Of a stretch of 51,241 bases of DNA, positions 25,680 through 35,077 are shown piece after piece. Position numbers and translations under genes: made by a program. Position 1 is the first letter of the stretch. The number at the start of each line of letters is the position of its first letter. The DNA comes from a virus (taxonomy: Duplodnaviria; Caudoviricetes), in IMG/VR virus record IMGVR_UViG_3300037483_000317, positions 1-51,241 of that record. One strand, 5' to 3'. The notes beneath the pieces were generated by a model. That model saw nothing but the letters and a program-made list of their open reading frames with translations, was not told the DNA's origin and ran no database searches.

Positions 25680-25831
25680 GCGGCAGGCGATATCGCGGCA
25701 AACGCCGGCAAAGCCGAACCGCCCCAAAGCCTTGCGGACAATGGGACACCTGCCGCTTGCGTTTGTTGGTCCTTTCTCGAGGTTGATGGTTTACTTACTT
25801 GCATTGGTAACGCTATTCGACTTTGGGATTT

Positions 25832-25881
25832 GGGGCGGGCCGTCGGGAGTGGTATCCAGCGGCGGCCCGCCTTTTTCATTT
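25832..25881 (+). terminator. Terminator-like hairpin
   Basis: GGCGGGCCGTCG...CGGCGGCCCGCC followed by TTTTTCATTTT. Confidence 0.5.
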
Positions 25882-25951
25882 TGTTCTCTCGGCCCCGCAA
25901 ACCTCCCGCGGTGCCACCCCGGCCGGCGACCGCCGCCGCGCCGGGGACTTT

Positions 25952-26080
25952 TCATCCCGGGTGCATCACCCACCACACGGCTAGCGCCGCCACGACCACG
26001 GCGAGTGGGATCCACACGTCATGCGGCGACCAATCTGGGTCGGAGCGTTTGGCCCACTGCAACCAGCGTTTTGGATTCAT
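25952..26080 (-). CDS. Small membrane peptide (42 aa)
   Basis: MNPKRWLQW...WIPLAVVVAALAVWWV. Confidence 0.4.
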   Translation of the reverse strand: MNPKRWLQWAKRSDPDWSPHDVWIPLAVVVAALAVWWVMHPG

Positions 26081-26280
26081 GGGAATTTCTTTTCTGGAAA
26101 ATTTGACACGGCCAATTTGCGCAATTAGGGTTGAGTGAGCCGACAATCGGCGGACTGGCCGTAGTTCTCAGCGGAGAGGACTTCTTTCGACTTTTGGATA
26201 TGCCGGATGTACCGGCGACGCACGGCTGCGCTGTGCATGGACGTGAGCTAGGGTTTAGATACACCCCCAACGTCCAAGCA

Positions 26281-27186
26281 ATGCCTCAACACAAACTTCT
26301 ATTTGCTCTCTACGAAGGGCAATACGAGCCAATCAAGATTCGTTCGCGGCGTCCAAACACGAAGCGTCTCTACCGCGCTACACTCAAGGAATTTGCGTTG
26401 TTCCTTACGCGACCACCAACGCTCGCGGACTTGAACGACGCGACGGTCTCAAGGTTTGCCGCCCATCGACTCAACGGAGGATTGGCAAAGCGCACCATCA
26501 ACAAAGACCTATTCAACCTGCTCGCGCTCTGGCGATGGCTCCACACCAAAGGCTACGTCACGAACTGGCCAGCCGTGGAAATGGAAACGCCACCGGTGCG
26601 TGTGCCGATTGCACTCTTGCGAGACGAGATCGACCGGATGATGGAGGCGATCGACGCCGAGCGGTTGCCGGTCGGCAGCATTTCGCCGCCACTCTTCTGG
26701 CGCGCGCTGATGCTCGTCATTTGGGATACTGGCGAGCGGATCGGCGCATTGATGGCGCTCACGTGGGACCAGGTCGATCTCGACGGCGGCTGGGTGCGGT
26801 TTGTCGCCGAGACCCGCAAGGGTGCGATGGAAGATAACCTGCTGCCGATCGCAGCCGACACCCGCGATGCGCTCCGCAAGATTCGGCCACGCTCAGCCGT
26901 GGGAAGCGATCTGGTATACCGCTGGCCCTACTCGGCGACGTACATCTATCGGCGGCTGGGAAGGATCATGCGGCAGGCCGGACTGCCGGACAATCGGCAA
27001 TACAAATTTCACGTCGTGCGGAAGAGCGTGGCCAGCCACTACGAGGCGGCCGGCGGAAACGCGACCGACCTACTCAAGCACAGCAGCCGGAAGGTGACGA
27101 TGAGTTATCTTGATCCGCGGATTGTGAAGCCGGTGGCGCCGGTGGATCTGCTGTTTCGGCCTGGATCAGCCGTCCCGAGCCAGTAA
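26281..27186 (+). CDS. int: Tyrosine integrase/recombinase
   Basis: DTGERIGALMAL (R), FHVVRKS (HxxR), LKHSS (H), SYLD (Y). ORF open from 26131. Confidence 0.9.
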   Translation: MPQHKLLFALYEGQYEPIKIRSRRPNTKRLYRATLKEFALFLTRPPTLADLNDATVSRFAAHRLNGGLAKRTINKDLFNLLALWRWLHTKGYVTNWPAVEMETPPVRVPIALLRDEIDRMMEAIDAERLPVGSISPPLFWRALMLVIWDTGERIGALMALTWDQVDLDGGWVRFVAETRKGAMEDNLLPIAADTRDALRKIRPRSAVGSDLVYRWPYSATYIYRRLGRIMRQAGLPDNRQYKFHVVRKSVASHYEAAGGNATDLLKHSSRKVTMSYLDPRIVKPVAPVDLLFRPGSAVPSQ

Positions 27187-27244
27187 CCCCGCCGCCGCTA
27201 TGAGTGGTCAAGGATTCCTTGACGGCTGGCGTGTCGCTGCTGGG

Positions 27245-27439
27245 TTAGCGGTTTATGAACCGAAAGAACTGGTTGTTTTCTTGCTGGATGAACAGGTCAC
27301 GGCAATCGACTGACGAGTTGAGATCCACTGCAATTGTTCCCATGTCGCCGCTGGTGGATTCGACCAGCAGTTTTATGAAATGGCCGTCGACGGCTTGCTT
27401 GACAATTCGGCAGTTTTTAAGTCTCAGTGCGATTGGCAT
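27245..27439 (-). CDS. Hypothetical protein
   Basis: 64 aa, lower GC than surroundings. Confidence 0.4.
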   Translation of the reverse strand: MPIALRLKNCRIVKQAVDGHFIKLLVESTSGDMGTIAVDLNSSVDCRDLFIQQENNQFFRFINR

Positions 27440-27482
27440 GGTTCACCCCTCCAGTACCGTGTCCGACTCAGCGAAGCAATGC

Positions 27483-27836
27483 CTATTGCAGCGGTGCCCG
27501 TGGTTCACACGGAAATGGCTCAAGCCGGATTCCACGGAAGATATCGCCTGGTCCAGCCGATTCAACAATCTCAGCCGACCTACAAAGCTGACGATACATT
27601 CGTTCGCAGAGCACGATTGCGTCGCCGCATTCATGCCGGTAGGTAATCTTGTGGCCGCAGATACTGCACGGGCCGATCTTTTCGATAGCTTCCGAGAAAC
27701 CACGCAACTCGCGCCGGCGGAACTCAGCGAACACTTTCTGCTGGGTCTCCATCAACTGAACAATCTGGTCGGCCGTCCAATTGTAGAGCGGTTCCCTTGT
27801 GCCTACGGAATTCGTGAAACAGAACGTCGCGTCCAT
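27483..27836 (-). CDS. Hypothetical protein with CxxC
   Basis: TAGAAT box 7 nt before the ATG. Confidence 0.5.
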   Translation of the reverse strand: MDATFCFTNSVGTREPLYNWTADQIVQLMETQQKVFAEFRRRELRGFSEAIEKIGPCSICGHKITYRHECGDAIVLCERMYRQLCRSAEIVESAGPGDIFRGIRLEPFPCEPRAPLQ

Positions 27837-27952
27837 GACAATCATTCTACCGCCCGCTGCTGGATTTGGCAGGGGCAGTTTCTAAAGTGCCCCACCCCGC
27901 AAACCAATGCCGGGTGCGAAGCCGGCGCGGGGTGAGGCGGGATGGCTGGTGA

Positions 27953-28228
27953 CTAGCGGACGACTCGGCCAGCGCGGACGGCGTCGAGCGCTGCTTGCAA
28001 AAGACGCTCTAGGTTGTGGCCTCCATCGCCACCACGAACTGTCAATTGCATCGTCGGGTGGCCGTCGTAGGTCTCGCCGGCGCGATCGTGCAAGGTCAGT
28101 GTGGTGACGTGCGCGCCGTCTGCTCCCGTGTGGAAGATCGGCGGTTGATAGTCGGCAGTGTCGTTCGCCATGCCGCGTGCAACAGTTCGGAGCTGAGCTG
28201 GCCATGCTTTTTTGATTGTCGTTGTCAT
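27953..28228 (-). CDS. Hypothetical protein
   Basis: 91 aa, ATGA-coupled to the 29-aa ORF 28225-28314. Confidence 0.55.
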   Translation of the reverse strand: MTTTIKKAWPAQLRTVARGMANDTADYQPPIFHTGADGAHVTTLTLHDRAGETYDGHPTMQLTVRGGDGGHNLERLLQAALDAVRAGRVVR

Positions 28229-28320
28229 CTTTCATTCTCCCGGCGCTTGCGGCGCCACTCCGGTCTGTCACTCAGCCGACCGGCAACTGGTCGCGGCTCA
28301 CTCGGCCGCGTCATGCCCTC

Positions 28321-28404
28321 ATTATATCGGCAGTATTGTTTATTGTCAATAGGTAATTCGAAAAGATTATTGAGCGTTGACAATACTGGCGGACGATGTA
28401 TCAT
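28321..28404. promoter_or_regulatory. Back-to-back promoters with inverted-repeat operators
   Basis: Minus strand: TTGACA (28349-28344)-17-TATAAT (28326-28321). Plus strand: TTGACA (28377-28382)-16-TATCAT (28399-28404). CAGTATTGT..TCAATA / TATTGA..ACAATACTG inverted pair. Confidence 0.8.
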
Positions 28405-28410
28405 CAAGGC

Positions 28411-28635
28411 ATGGCAGTTACCATTGAAAAGCTACTGAGGGATGGCGTAGACCACTATTTGATTGCCGGCGGCACTCTCAACTCACTGTCTGATGCGTCT
28501 GGCGTCGACCCTGCATCGCTGCATAGATGGTGGCACTCCAAGACAAACATCCGGCTTGCGACCGCGCAGTCGCTCGCTGTCGCTGTCGGGCTGCGGTTCT
28601 CGGCCAAGCGGTCCAAGACTGGCAAGGGCCCGTAG
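28411..28635 (+). CDS. XRE-family HTH regulator
   Basis: TLNSLSDASGVDPASLHRWW...NIRLATAQSLA. Confidence 0.8.
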   Translation: MAVTIEKLLRDGVDHYLIAGGTLNSLSDASGVDPASLHRWWHSKTNIRLATAQSLAVAVGLRFSAKRSKTGKGP

Positions 28636-28779
28636 ACGAGCGCGGCCGCCGGACGGGTCAACAGTCGCCGAGCACTGGCGGATCGCGGCTGGGGGCGGTG
28701 TGGGAGGTCGGGTTTTGGTGTGGAACGCAGCTTGCATTTTACGGGTCGGGCGGGTAGCGTGGGCTTCGGAGGTGAGACC

Positions 28780-29724
28780 ATGGGAATCGCCGATGAGCGA
28801 CGATTGGCCGAGCTGCGTTACAAACAGAGCCGCAACCGCGCCTTGTTCCGCGCGATCGGCTACACCGCTTCGCTGATTCCTGCCATTCTCGTAGCGATGA
28901 ATTTTGAAGCCTTCCGCTCCTACGTGCTCGGCGCGTTTGGCGGAGTGCCGATCGAAACGGTGCAGCAGAGTCGTGTCGCCACACCGTCAAAGCAACCGCA
29001 GCCACGAATCGTGCGCCGGACAGAACCGCCGCCACGGCAATACATACCGCGGGTGAGCCATGCGACGCCACGCAAGCCGATCACGCCGCCCATGGCTCCG
29101 CGGCAACCGGTCCAACTTCTGCCCGCACAAGACGAACTGGCCCGGAAGCAAACGGAATCCGATTACGTCGTGACGCTGGACCTTAGCGAACGTCTCCAGC
29201 GTTTTTCTATCGAGCCACTCACGCCGGATCAAGGGCTGCGAATTCGGACGACGTTTGCTGGGGTAACGCAGGTCACTTCGGACGCGCCAGCACGCATCAA
29301 TCTTAACGGGCCGTACAACCCTCGTATCGAGGTTTCGGTTGAGGTCCGCGGCAAGACGATTCTGGTGCTCGAATATGCAGTCGACTCCGAGCGTGGCAAA
29401 CCGATCGCACTCACGCCGTCGAACCTGGGGTCGATTCGTCGGCGGATCATGCGTCGTGGCGGGCGGGCGGCTGCCACGCTCGGAAATCTCGAAGCCGAGA
29501 AGATACACACTGAGGCGTACCTTGCCAGCTCGCAGGCCAAGCTATGGACCGAAAAGCGCGACGCTGAAATGCGCATCAAGAAACTTCCCGCACTGATCGA
29601 GGCAGCCCGCGTACCAGTCGCGCAACTGCAAGCCGAATTATCGACGGTAGACGAGCTGATCCAATTGGTAGAACAGATCAGCGGCAAAGAGATCGAGGTC
29701 TACGTCGATGGGCAGTCGACGTGA
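28780..29724 (+). CDS. Membrane-anchored accessory protein
   Basis: GGAGG RBS; N-terminal TM, Pro-rich linker, C-terminal coiled coil. Confidence 0.65.
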   Translation: MGIADERRLAELRYKQSRNRALFRAIGYTASLIPAILVAMNFEAFRSYVLGAFGGVPIETVQQSRVATPSKQPQPRIVRRTEPPPRQYIPRVSHATPRKPITPPMAPRQPVQLLPAQDELARKQTESDYVVTLDLSERLQRFSIEPLTPDQGLRIRTTFAGVTQVTSDAPARINLNGPYNPRIEVSVEVRGKTILVLEYAVDSERGKPIALTPSNLGSIRRRIMRRGGRAAATLGNLEAEKIHTEAYLASSQAKLWTEKRDAEMRIKKLPALIEAARVPVAQLQAELSTVDELIQLVEQISGKEIEVYVDGQST

Positions 29725-29727
29725 TGT

Positions 29728-29994
29728 TTAGAGTCTGAGCCACCTGCCGACTTTGTTGAGCCACTCCTTGCGAGCCTCGCAGTCGCACGTCGGGGCGAGG
29801 TTGAACTTCTCTTTGATTTCGACGTATCGCTCTTTTGTCACGCCGATCGACGCAAGTAGTTGTTCGGTGTAGTCGCCGAGGCCGAAGCTGCAAATCCTGA
29901 CTGGCGGTTTGTTGAACTCTCTAGTCAAACTGTAACCGCAACGCAGACACTTGCTACCAACGGTCAGCCTGCGCCACTTACAATAGCTTGTCAT
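29728..29994 (-). CDS. Small Cys-rich tail-associated protein
   Basis: CLRCG...GLGD...CDCEARKEWLN; ATGA-coupled to the upstream gene. Confidence 0.6.
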   Translation of the reverse strand: MTSYCKWRRLTVGSKCLRCGYSLTREFNKPPVRICSFGLGDYTEQLLASIGVTKERYVEIKEKFNLAPTCDCEARKEWLNKVGRWLRL

Positions 29995-30548
29995 GAAAGG
30001 GTTAAAGTGCAAGTGCCAACAGAGCATTCAGGGTTGGTAGACGTACCGCCGCCTGGACCAGCGCACGAAGCGGGAACGCACCCGTTTCCATGATATGTAT
30101 CTATGTACGGAATACCTACGGACACATTCCTGTCTTCGCATGCCGTTGTCAATGCGTCATAAGCATCTGTGCCGGTCAACGCAAACTTGTCAGTTAGACC
30201 ATAGAACAGCGGAAATGGATGGTATAAGCACAGATGCACCAAGATGTAGCATGCGCTAGGATTTGCTGGAGCGTAGTTAATTGCAATTGAAATGCTGGCA
30301 ATGGAGCCAAAACAGTAGCCGCTCCCGATGGTCATCGGATCGCTGTAACAACAGTCCGCTGCTTCGTCGATGAGTGAGAATATGTAGCTGTTGTCGAGGT
30401 TTGAACACGCACTGCACTCCCCCGGAGAATAGCCACTCAACTCAATCGCCGGAGTTAAACCGTTCAGACAGCAACAACAGCAGTCCGCGTGCGCAGCCAG
30501 CTTGTTGTCCCTAACCAACAGCTTCCCGCTCTTTAAATACAGCGGCAT
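29991..30548 (-). CDS. Cys-rich tail-tip protein
   Basis: MPLYLKSGKLLVRDNKLAAHADCCCCC. Confidence 0.65.
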   Translation of the reverse strand: MPLYLKSGKLLVRDNKLAAHADCCCCCLNGLTPAIELSGYSPGECSACSNLDNSYIFSLIDEAADCCYSDPMTIGSGYCFGSIASISIAINYAPANPSACYILVHLCLYHPFPLFYGLTDKFALTGTDAYDALTTACEDRNVSVGIPYIDTYHGNGCVPASCAGPGGGTSTNPECSVGTCTLTLS

Positions 30549-30550
30549 TG

Positions 30551-32698
30551 CTACACCCCGCAATCCGTCGTATCGACCGTGTCCTCATTGGACGTAGACG
30601 ATCCGGCCGTACCGTAGACCGTTACCGGTGTGTAGTTGACTGTTACTTTCAGCGTGTCCCCAACTAGCTCCAGCGTCACGCCATCGAAGCTGTTGATGGT
30701 CACCGCACCATCAGCGCCTGGTGCTGGGTTTCTGTTGATCCATTTCCACGAATCAGCATCGTTCAACAAGAGCTGCTTACCGACAGTGTTATAGTCAGCA
30801 GTCGTCTTTAGGTCGAAATCATCATTGTCGTTGACGAATATTTGGAAGGCGGTGGCACTGTAGCTTTGAAAGTCGCGCCACTCCCATGAGCCCTGAAAGT
30901 TAAACAATCCCCCGCACAAATGTGACGCGGAATAAGACCCTGCCGTTTTCCAATCGGCGTCGGTACGTGCTGTCGCGCCGGCAAAATGGGCCCAAAATTG
31001 TTGCTCGCCAGTATCCAAGTTTGCCGGCACTGAGCCTGCGGCAGCCGTTATTTGATTGAGATGCAGTTTGTCTGTTGCAAGGTCTTCAAGTTCGGTGCAA
31101 TAGCCTTCATCGATCGCAATCGAACCAGCCACCGTTAATTGATCGCAGCCACCCGGCCCGGCCGCATAAGTCAGTCCTGCGCCAGCTAGTGTCGACGCCG
31201 TAACGTGGATGAATCCGTAGGCGTCCGCGAGCAAATGGCAGCCGAGCAGATTCGGCGACGGAAGATTGTCCCACGTTTGTGAGGCTTGATTCCAAATCGC
31301 TTCAGTCGGCTGGCCAGCAACATAGCCCTGTTGGAAAATCTGCCGAACCGTGAGCGGTTCCGCTGGCACCACACCGCCGTAAACTTCGGTAATGTTTTCG
31401 ATTGTGAACGTCGACGCAGCTACCAAGATATTGCCGACCACCGTACCTCGCACGCGCTTGCCCCACGCACGTGAACTAATAGCTGCATAGGTCGGCGGCG
31501 ACGTGTCCGGGTCGGACAGTCGGGCGGTGATGAGTTGATCGACCTCGACGACGCCTGGAAAGAGCGACGATGGGTCGGTGAGCGTGATTTGGTCGTCGAC
31601 TTCACCGGGCGCAATGTTGGCCCACTGGTCGTTCGTGCTCAGGCTGGACACATATTTGTAAAAGCCAACCGAATACTTTTTCAGCACCACGAACTCGGCC
31701 AGGCCATCCATCACCACGATTTCCCAGCGGTCGGGTTCCACCGCGCCAAGGTCGGTACGCAGAATAGCAACTCCCCGGAAGCCGGGCGAGCCAGTGTAGA
31801 GGTTGCCGGCGATGCGACCCGAGAACTGCTGCTCTGGATCGTAGAGCGTCACGTCACTACCGGTGGTGGCTCCCGCGTCGGTGAGAAACTTTGCCGTGGC
31901 CGTCGCCGATGCGAGCGCCTTGTTGGCCGTCAACTCGAATCGCCGCAGTTGTGGCGGCGCGACTGCGCCCGGCTCGAACATCAACCAGTCGACCTGTACG
32001 TCGCCGCTGCCTGGATCGAACGTCAAAACATTCTCACGGTAGATCGCCCAGATAGCAGTGCCCACAGTGAGCGTCACGCCGCCTGAAGGTGCCTTGACCC
32101 AGAGCGGTGAGCCCGGATTTGCCGAGTGTTGTTCGTGCGGATCAACTCCCTCAATTTGAAACGCTACGTCGGAGGGCCCGACCGCTCCGGTGGTTTCGCC
32201 GCGGACAATCTGGTAGTGGTCGCCGATGCCGCCGCCGAGCAGTTCCCAGCGCATAGTATCGCGCCGCCACGTGATCCAGCGGCGGTCCTCGGTGGTCACG
32301 TCGTCCGCCGTGTTGGTGTCGCCGATCCGGAACGGATCGCCAACCACCACGTAGTCGTTGCCATCGGTCGAGTAGAGCAGCTTGACCTGGACGGGGCTCG
32401 CAAAGATCGCCGTACCGCCCGACGTGTACGCGCCGTCGCCCGTCGAATCGTCGAGCGTGAAGGTAGCTGACGAGGTGACCGTCACCAGCCACACGCCATT
32501 CGCCGCGTCGTTCCCCAACACGCCTTCGATCTTGACCTTATCGCCCGTCGCGAAGCCGTGCGCCGTAGCGGTGATTTCGATCGGTGCCGCGTTGGTCGCG
32601 CCCGTGACGTCCACGGGAGTGTCGATCGTGTAGACCTCGACGTAGCGCACGTGCTGCTGCGCGTCGTGGTTGCCGAATTGATCTCGCGTCCGAGTCAT
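30551..32698 (-). CDS. Tail fibre/tip protein
   Basis: 715 aa; N-terminal TGATNAAPIEITATAHGFATGDKV beta-barrel; follows the hub gene. Confidence 0.7.
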   Translation of the reverse strand: MTRTRDQFGNHDAQQHVRYVEVYTIDTPVDVTGATNAAPIEITATAHGFATGDKVKIEGVLGNDAANGVWLVTVTSSATFTLDDSTGDGAYTSGGTAIFASPVQVKLLYSTDGNDYVVVGDPFRIGDTNTADDVTTEDRRWITWRRDTMRWELLGGGIGDHYQIVRGETTGAVGPSDVAFQIEGVDPHEQHSANPGSPLWVKAPSGGVTLTVGTAIWAIYRENVLTFDPGSGDVQVDWLMFEPGAVAPPQLRRFELTANKALASATATAKFLTDAGATTGSDVTLYDPEQQFSGRIAGNLYTGSPGFRGVAILRTDLGAVEPDRWEIVVMDGLAEFVVLKKYSVGFYKYVSSLSTNDQWANIAPGEVDDQITLTDPSSLFPGVVEVDQLITARLSDPDTSPPTYAAISSRAWGKRVRGTVVGNILVAASTFTIENITEVYGGVVPAEPLTVRQIFQQGYVAGQPTEAIWNQASQTWDNLPSPNLLGCHLLADAYGFIHVTASTLAGAGLTYAAGPGGCDQLTVAGSIAIDEGYCTELEDLATDKLHLNQITAAAGSVPANLDTGEQQFWAHFAGATARTDADWKTAGSYSASHLCGGLFNFQGSWEWRDFQSYSATAFQIFVNDNDDFDLKTTADYNTVGKQLLLNDADSWKWINRNPAPGADGAVTINSFDGVTLELVGDTLKVTVNYTPVTVYGTAGSSTSNEDTVDTTDCGV

Positions 32699-34617
32699 AG
32701 TGATTGGCCTCGAATCGCCTTGGTCGAGAAGCGACTGCTTGTCCCGCGCGTGCGGGTGGGTAGCGTGAGCGGCTGCCGAAAGTGTTCGAGGTGCAACGTA
32801 GTCACCTGATTCGTAATTTCGCGCTCGATCGCCACAATCTGCGGGTAGACGCCGCTCGATGGGCGGGCCTCGAAGTCGATGTTTTTCAAATCGACACCAG
32901 AGATCCGGTCGCCGACGTAGAACAGCCGGTCGAGCCCTTCGAGCTGGATTGCTCCGCCGACGTGCATCAAGTCCCAGGCGGCGCGGGCATAGGCGGCGAA
33001 GTCCGTGATCGGCGTCGTATCATCGACAGCTAATGAAGCCGTAGCCCCGCCAGCGTATTTCGAGAGTCCAGTGAGTCGAGCGCGGAGCCGAAACCGATCG
33101 GGCGCACTGACGACCACCTGCACGACTTCACTATTCGGCGAGCCGGCGACCTTCGGCGCGTAGCCGAACAAGCGCAAGTCGCTCTGGATCGTGAACGTCG
33201 CGCGAATGCGCAGGTTGTCGGGGTCGATCATAAACTCGTCCGGCGGCCGATCAAAGTCGAAGTACACACCCGCTTCGTGTTTCAGCAACCCGCAGCCCCA
33301 GCCCGTGACTGGCTTCCACTGGCTGGAGAGTTCGTCCGAGTATTCGACTTCCACGCCGTCAGTTTTGCCGATCGGCTCCCCGTTCGCATCGAGCGTGAGC
33401 GTCGGCAGCAGGCGCCGCCGGCGTGGCACGAAGTCGGCGGCGATCCCGGCGGCCGATAGTGCGTCCCGGATGTCGGACGTGTACACGTCGTCGAGCTCCG
33501 GCCGCAGTCCGATGTAGTCGCCCGCCTCGTTGAGCACCCACCGCCGCAGCACGTCCTTTTTCGACTCGAAGTCTGGGTGATCTGTCGACAGCTCGTCGCC
33601 GATTCCAGGTGGCGGATCGTCCGACTCCGGCCAAGCCCGGGCCAGCTCGGCGGTGATTTCGTACTCGGTGTAGCCGCCCAGAATCACAATGTCGTTTGCC
33701 AGGCTGGACACGTCGAACTTCAACCCGGCCGCCTCGACGTTGGTCGACGCAGGGACAAGCGTCGAGCCTAGCCGCTGGTGTGACACCGATCGTAGTGTGC
33801 CGCCGTTCCCCTTTTTCCAGAACGAATAGATGCGGGCGCCCAGCGCCGTGCGGCTGACCTTCCACTGGTATCCCAGCGGGGTGAGCACCACGTCGAGCGC
33901 TTCAGCTAGCCAAGTTCCTCGAGCGATTCGCAAATCACGAATCACAACGGTGGGGTCGTTAAAGACCGCTTGCAAGTTGCCGAGCGTTTCGTTAGCGATA
34001 TTCGTCTGGGCCGTGTTGAGAGACCAGAGCAGATAGTAGATCGCTTCGGCGAGCGTCCAGGTGGCGATGTTGCCGCCCTGGTACGTGACCGCGGCGGCCG
34101 TCCGCACCGACTCGGGGTCGAGGAACACTGGATCGCCGCCCGCCGTCGTGCGCGTGTCGTTTCGGTTGCCGTAGACCGTGCCATCGATCAGCGGGTTGAA
34201 AATCAGCTCGCCGTCGACGACGCGCGTGGCGGACGTGGCCGGGTCGTAAACATGGTAGCCATTGACCTTGCCGCCGAGGTGATAGAGCTCTGTCCGCGAC
34301 TGGATCCGCAGGGTTTCCATGCGCGGGTTGATCGTGATTGGTAGCTGTGTGATTTTCCCCCAGTGGACAATCTCACTCGACCCGCCGATCCGCTGAATCT
34401 CGATTTCCAAGCCGAGCAAGGCATAGGGGTCGAAGTCCTCAAGCACCGCCTGCTTGTAGTCGAGCACCGCCGTGTCGAGTTTCGCCGCGCCGGCCGACTC
34501 GGCGATCGTCAGCACGTCGAAGTAGTCGAACGTGCCAGACACGCCGTCGGCGTCTGGATCGTTGGCCCAGATGCCCTCGAGGAAGACCTTGTAGTCGACG
34601 TTGTCACGGCTCGGCAT
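32695..34617 (-). CDS. Baseplate hub/tail protein
   Basis: 640 aa; position after the TMP and Dit-like genes. Confidence 0.55.
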   Translation of the reverse strand: MPSRDNVDYKVFLEGIWANDPDADGVSGTFDYFDVLTIAESAGAAKLDTAVLDYKQAVLEDFDPYALLGLEIEIQRIGGSSEIVHWGKITQLPITINPRMETLRIQSRTELYHLGGKVNGYHVYDPATSATRVVDGELIFNPLIDGTVYGNRNDTRTTAGGDPVFLDPESVRTAAAVTYQGGNIATWTLAEAIYYLLWSLNTAQTNIANETLGNLQAVFNDPTVVIRDLRIARGTWLAEALDVVLTPLGYQWKVSRTALGARIYSFWKKGNGGTLRSVSHQRLGSTLVPASTNVEAAGLKFDVSSLANDIVILGGYTEYEITAELARAWPESDDPPPGIGDELSTDHPDFESKKDVLRRWVLNEAGDYIGLRPELDDVYTSDIRDALSAAGIAADFVPRRRRLLPTLTLDANGEPIGKTDGVEVEYSDELSSQWKPVTGWGCGLLKHEAGVYFDFDRPPDEFMIDPDNLRIRATFTIQSDLRLFGYAPKVAGSPNSEVVQVVVSAPDRFRLRARLTGLSKYAGGATASLAVDDTTPITDFAAYARAAWDLMHVGGAIQLEGLDRLFYVGDRISGVDLKNIDFEARPSSGVYPQIVAIEREITNQVTTLHLEHFRQPLTLPTRTRGTSSRFSTKAIRGQSL

Positions 34618-34621
34618 GGTT

Positions 34622-35077
34622 TCAACTCAATTGTCGGAACATCAACACGACGTCGGCCCAATACCCGCCGCCCAGCATGCCGGCGACGTCCAACTTCGGA
34701 CCTTCCAAGAGCGCGCAACCACCGAACCGACAATCATCGAACGGGGCGTGGTTCGATTCGCTGGTGATCGTGAGTTGGCCGGACTCCCCCTTTTTGGTCG
34801 TGTTGAGGGTCACGTCGAGGTAGTCGGCCAGCTTGCGGGCCGTGTCGAAGTCTTCGTCTTCCTCAGCGTCATCGTAAATTGTCATCTCGACCTGAATGTC
34901 GCGACCGCCGTAGCCGCCCGCGATCCGACTCTCGCCATCAACGCCCCAGAATTTGGTAATCTTTTCGGCCAGCGCCCGCTCGCCGATCTCGATCCGCGTC
35001 ACCAGCCCCTTGGCCTGGATATGGTTGACCGGCGTGCCGGTCGGGTCTTCGATGAGCGTGAGAACGATCGCCATCAC
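34622..35077 (-). CDS. Distal-tail-like protein
   Basis: 151 aa immediately after the TMP. Confidence 0.5.
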   Translation of the reverse strand: MMAIVLTLIEDPTGTPVNHIQAKGLVTRIEIGERALAEKITKFWGVDGESRIAGGYGGRDIQVEMTIYDDAEEDEDFDTARKLADYLDVTLNTTKKGESGQLTITSESNHAPFDDCRFGGCALLEGPKLDVAGMLGGGYWADVVLMFRQLS

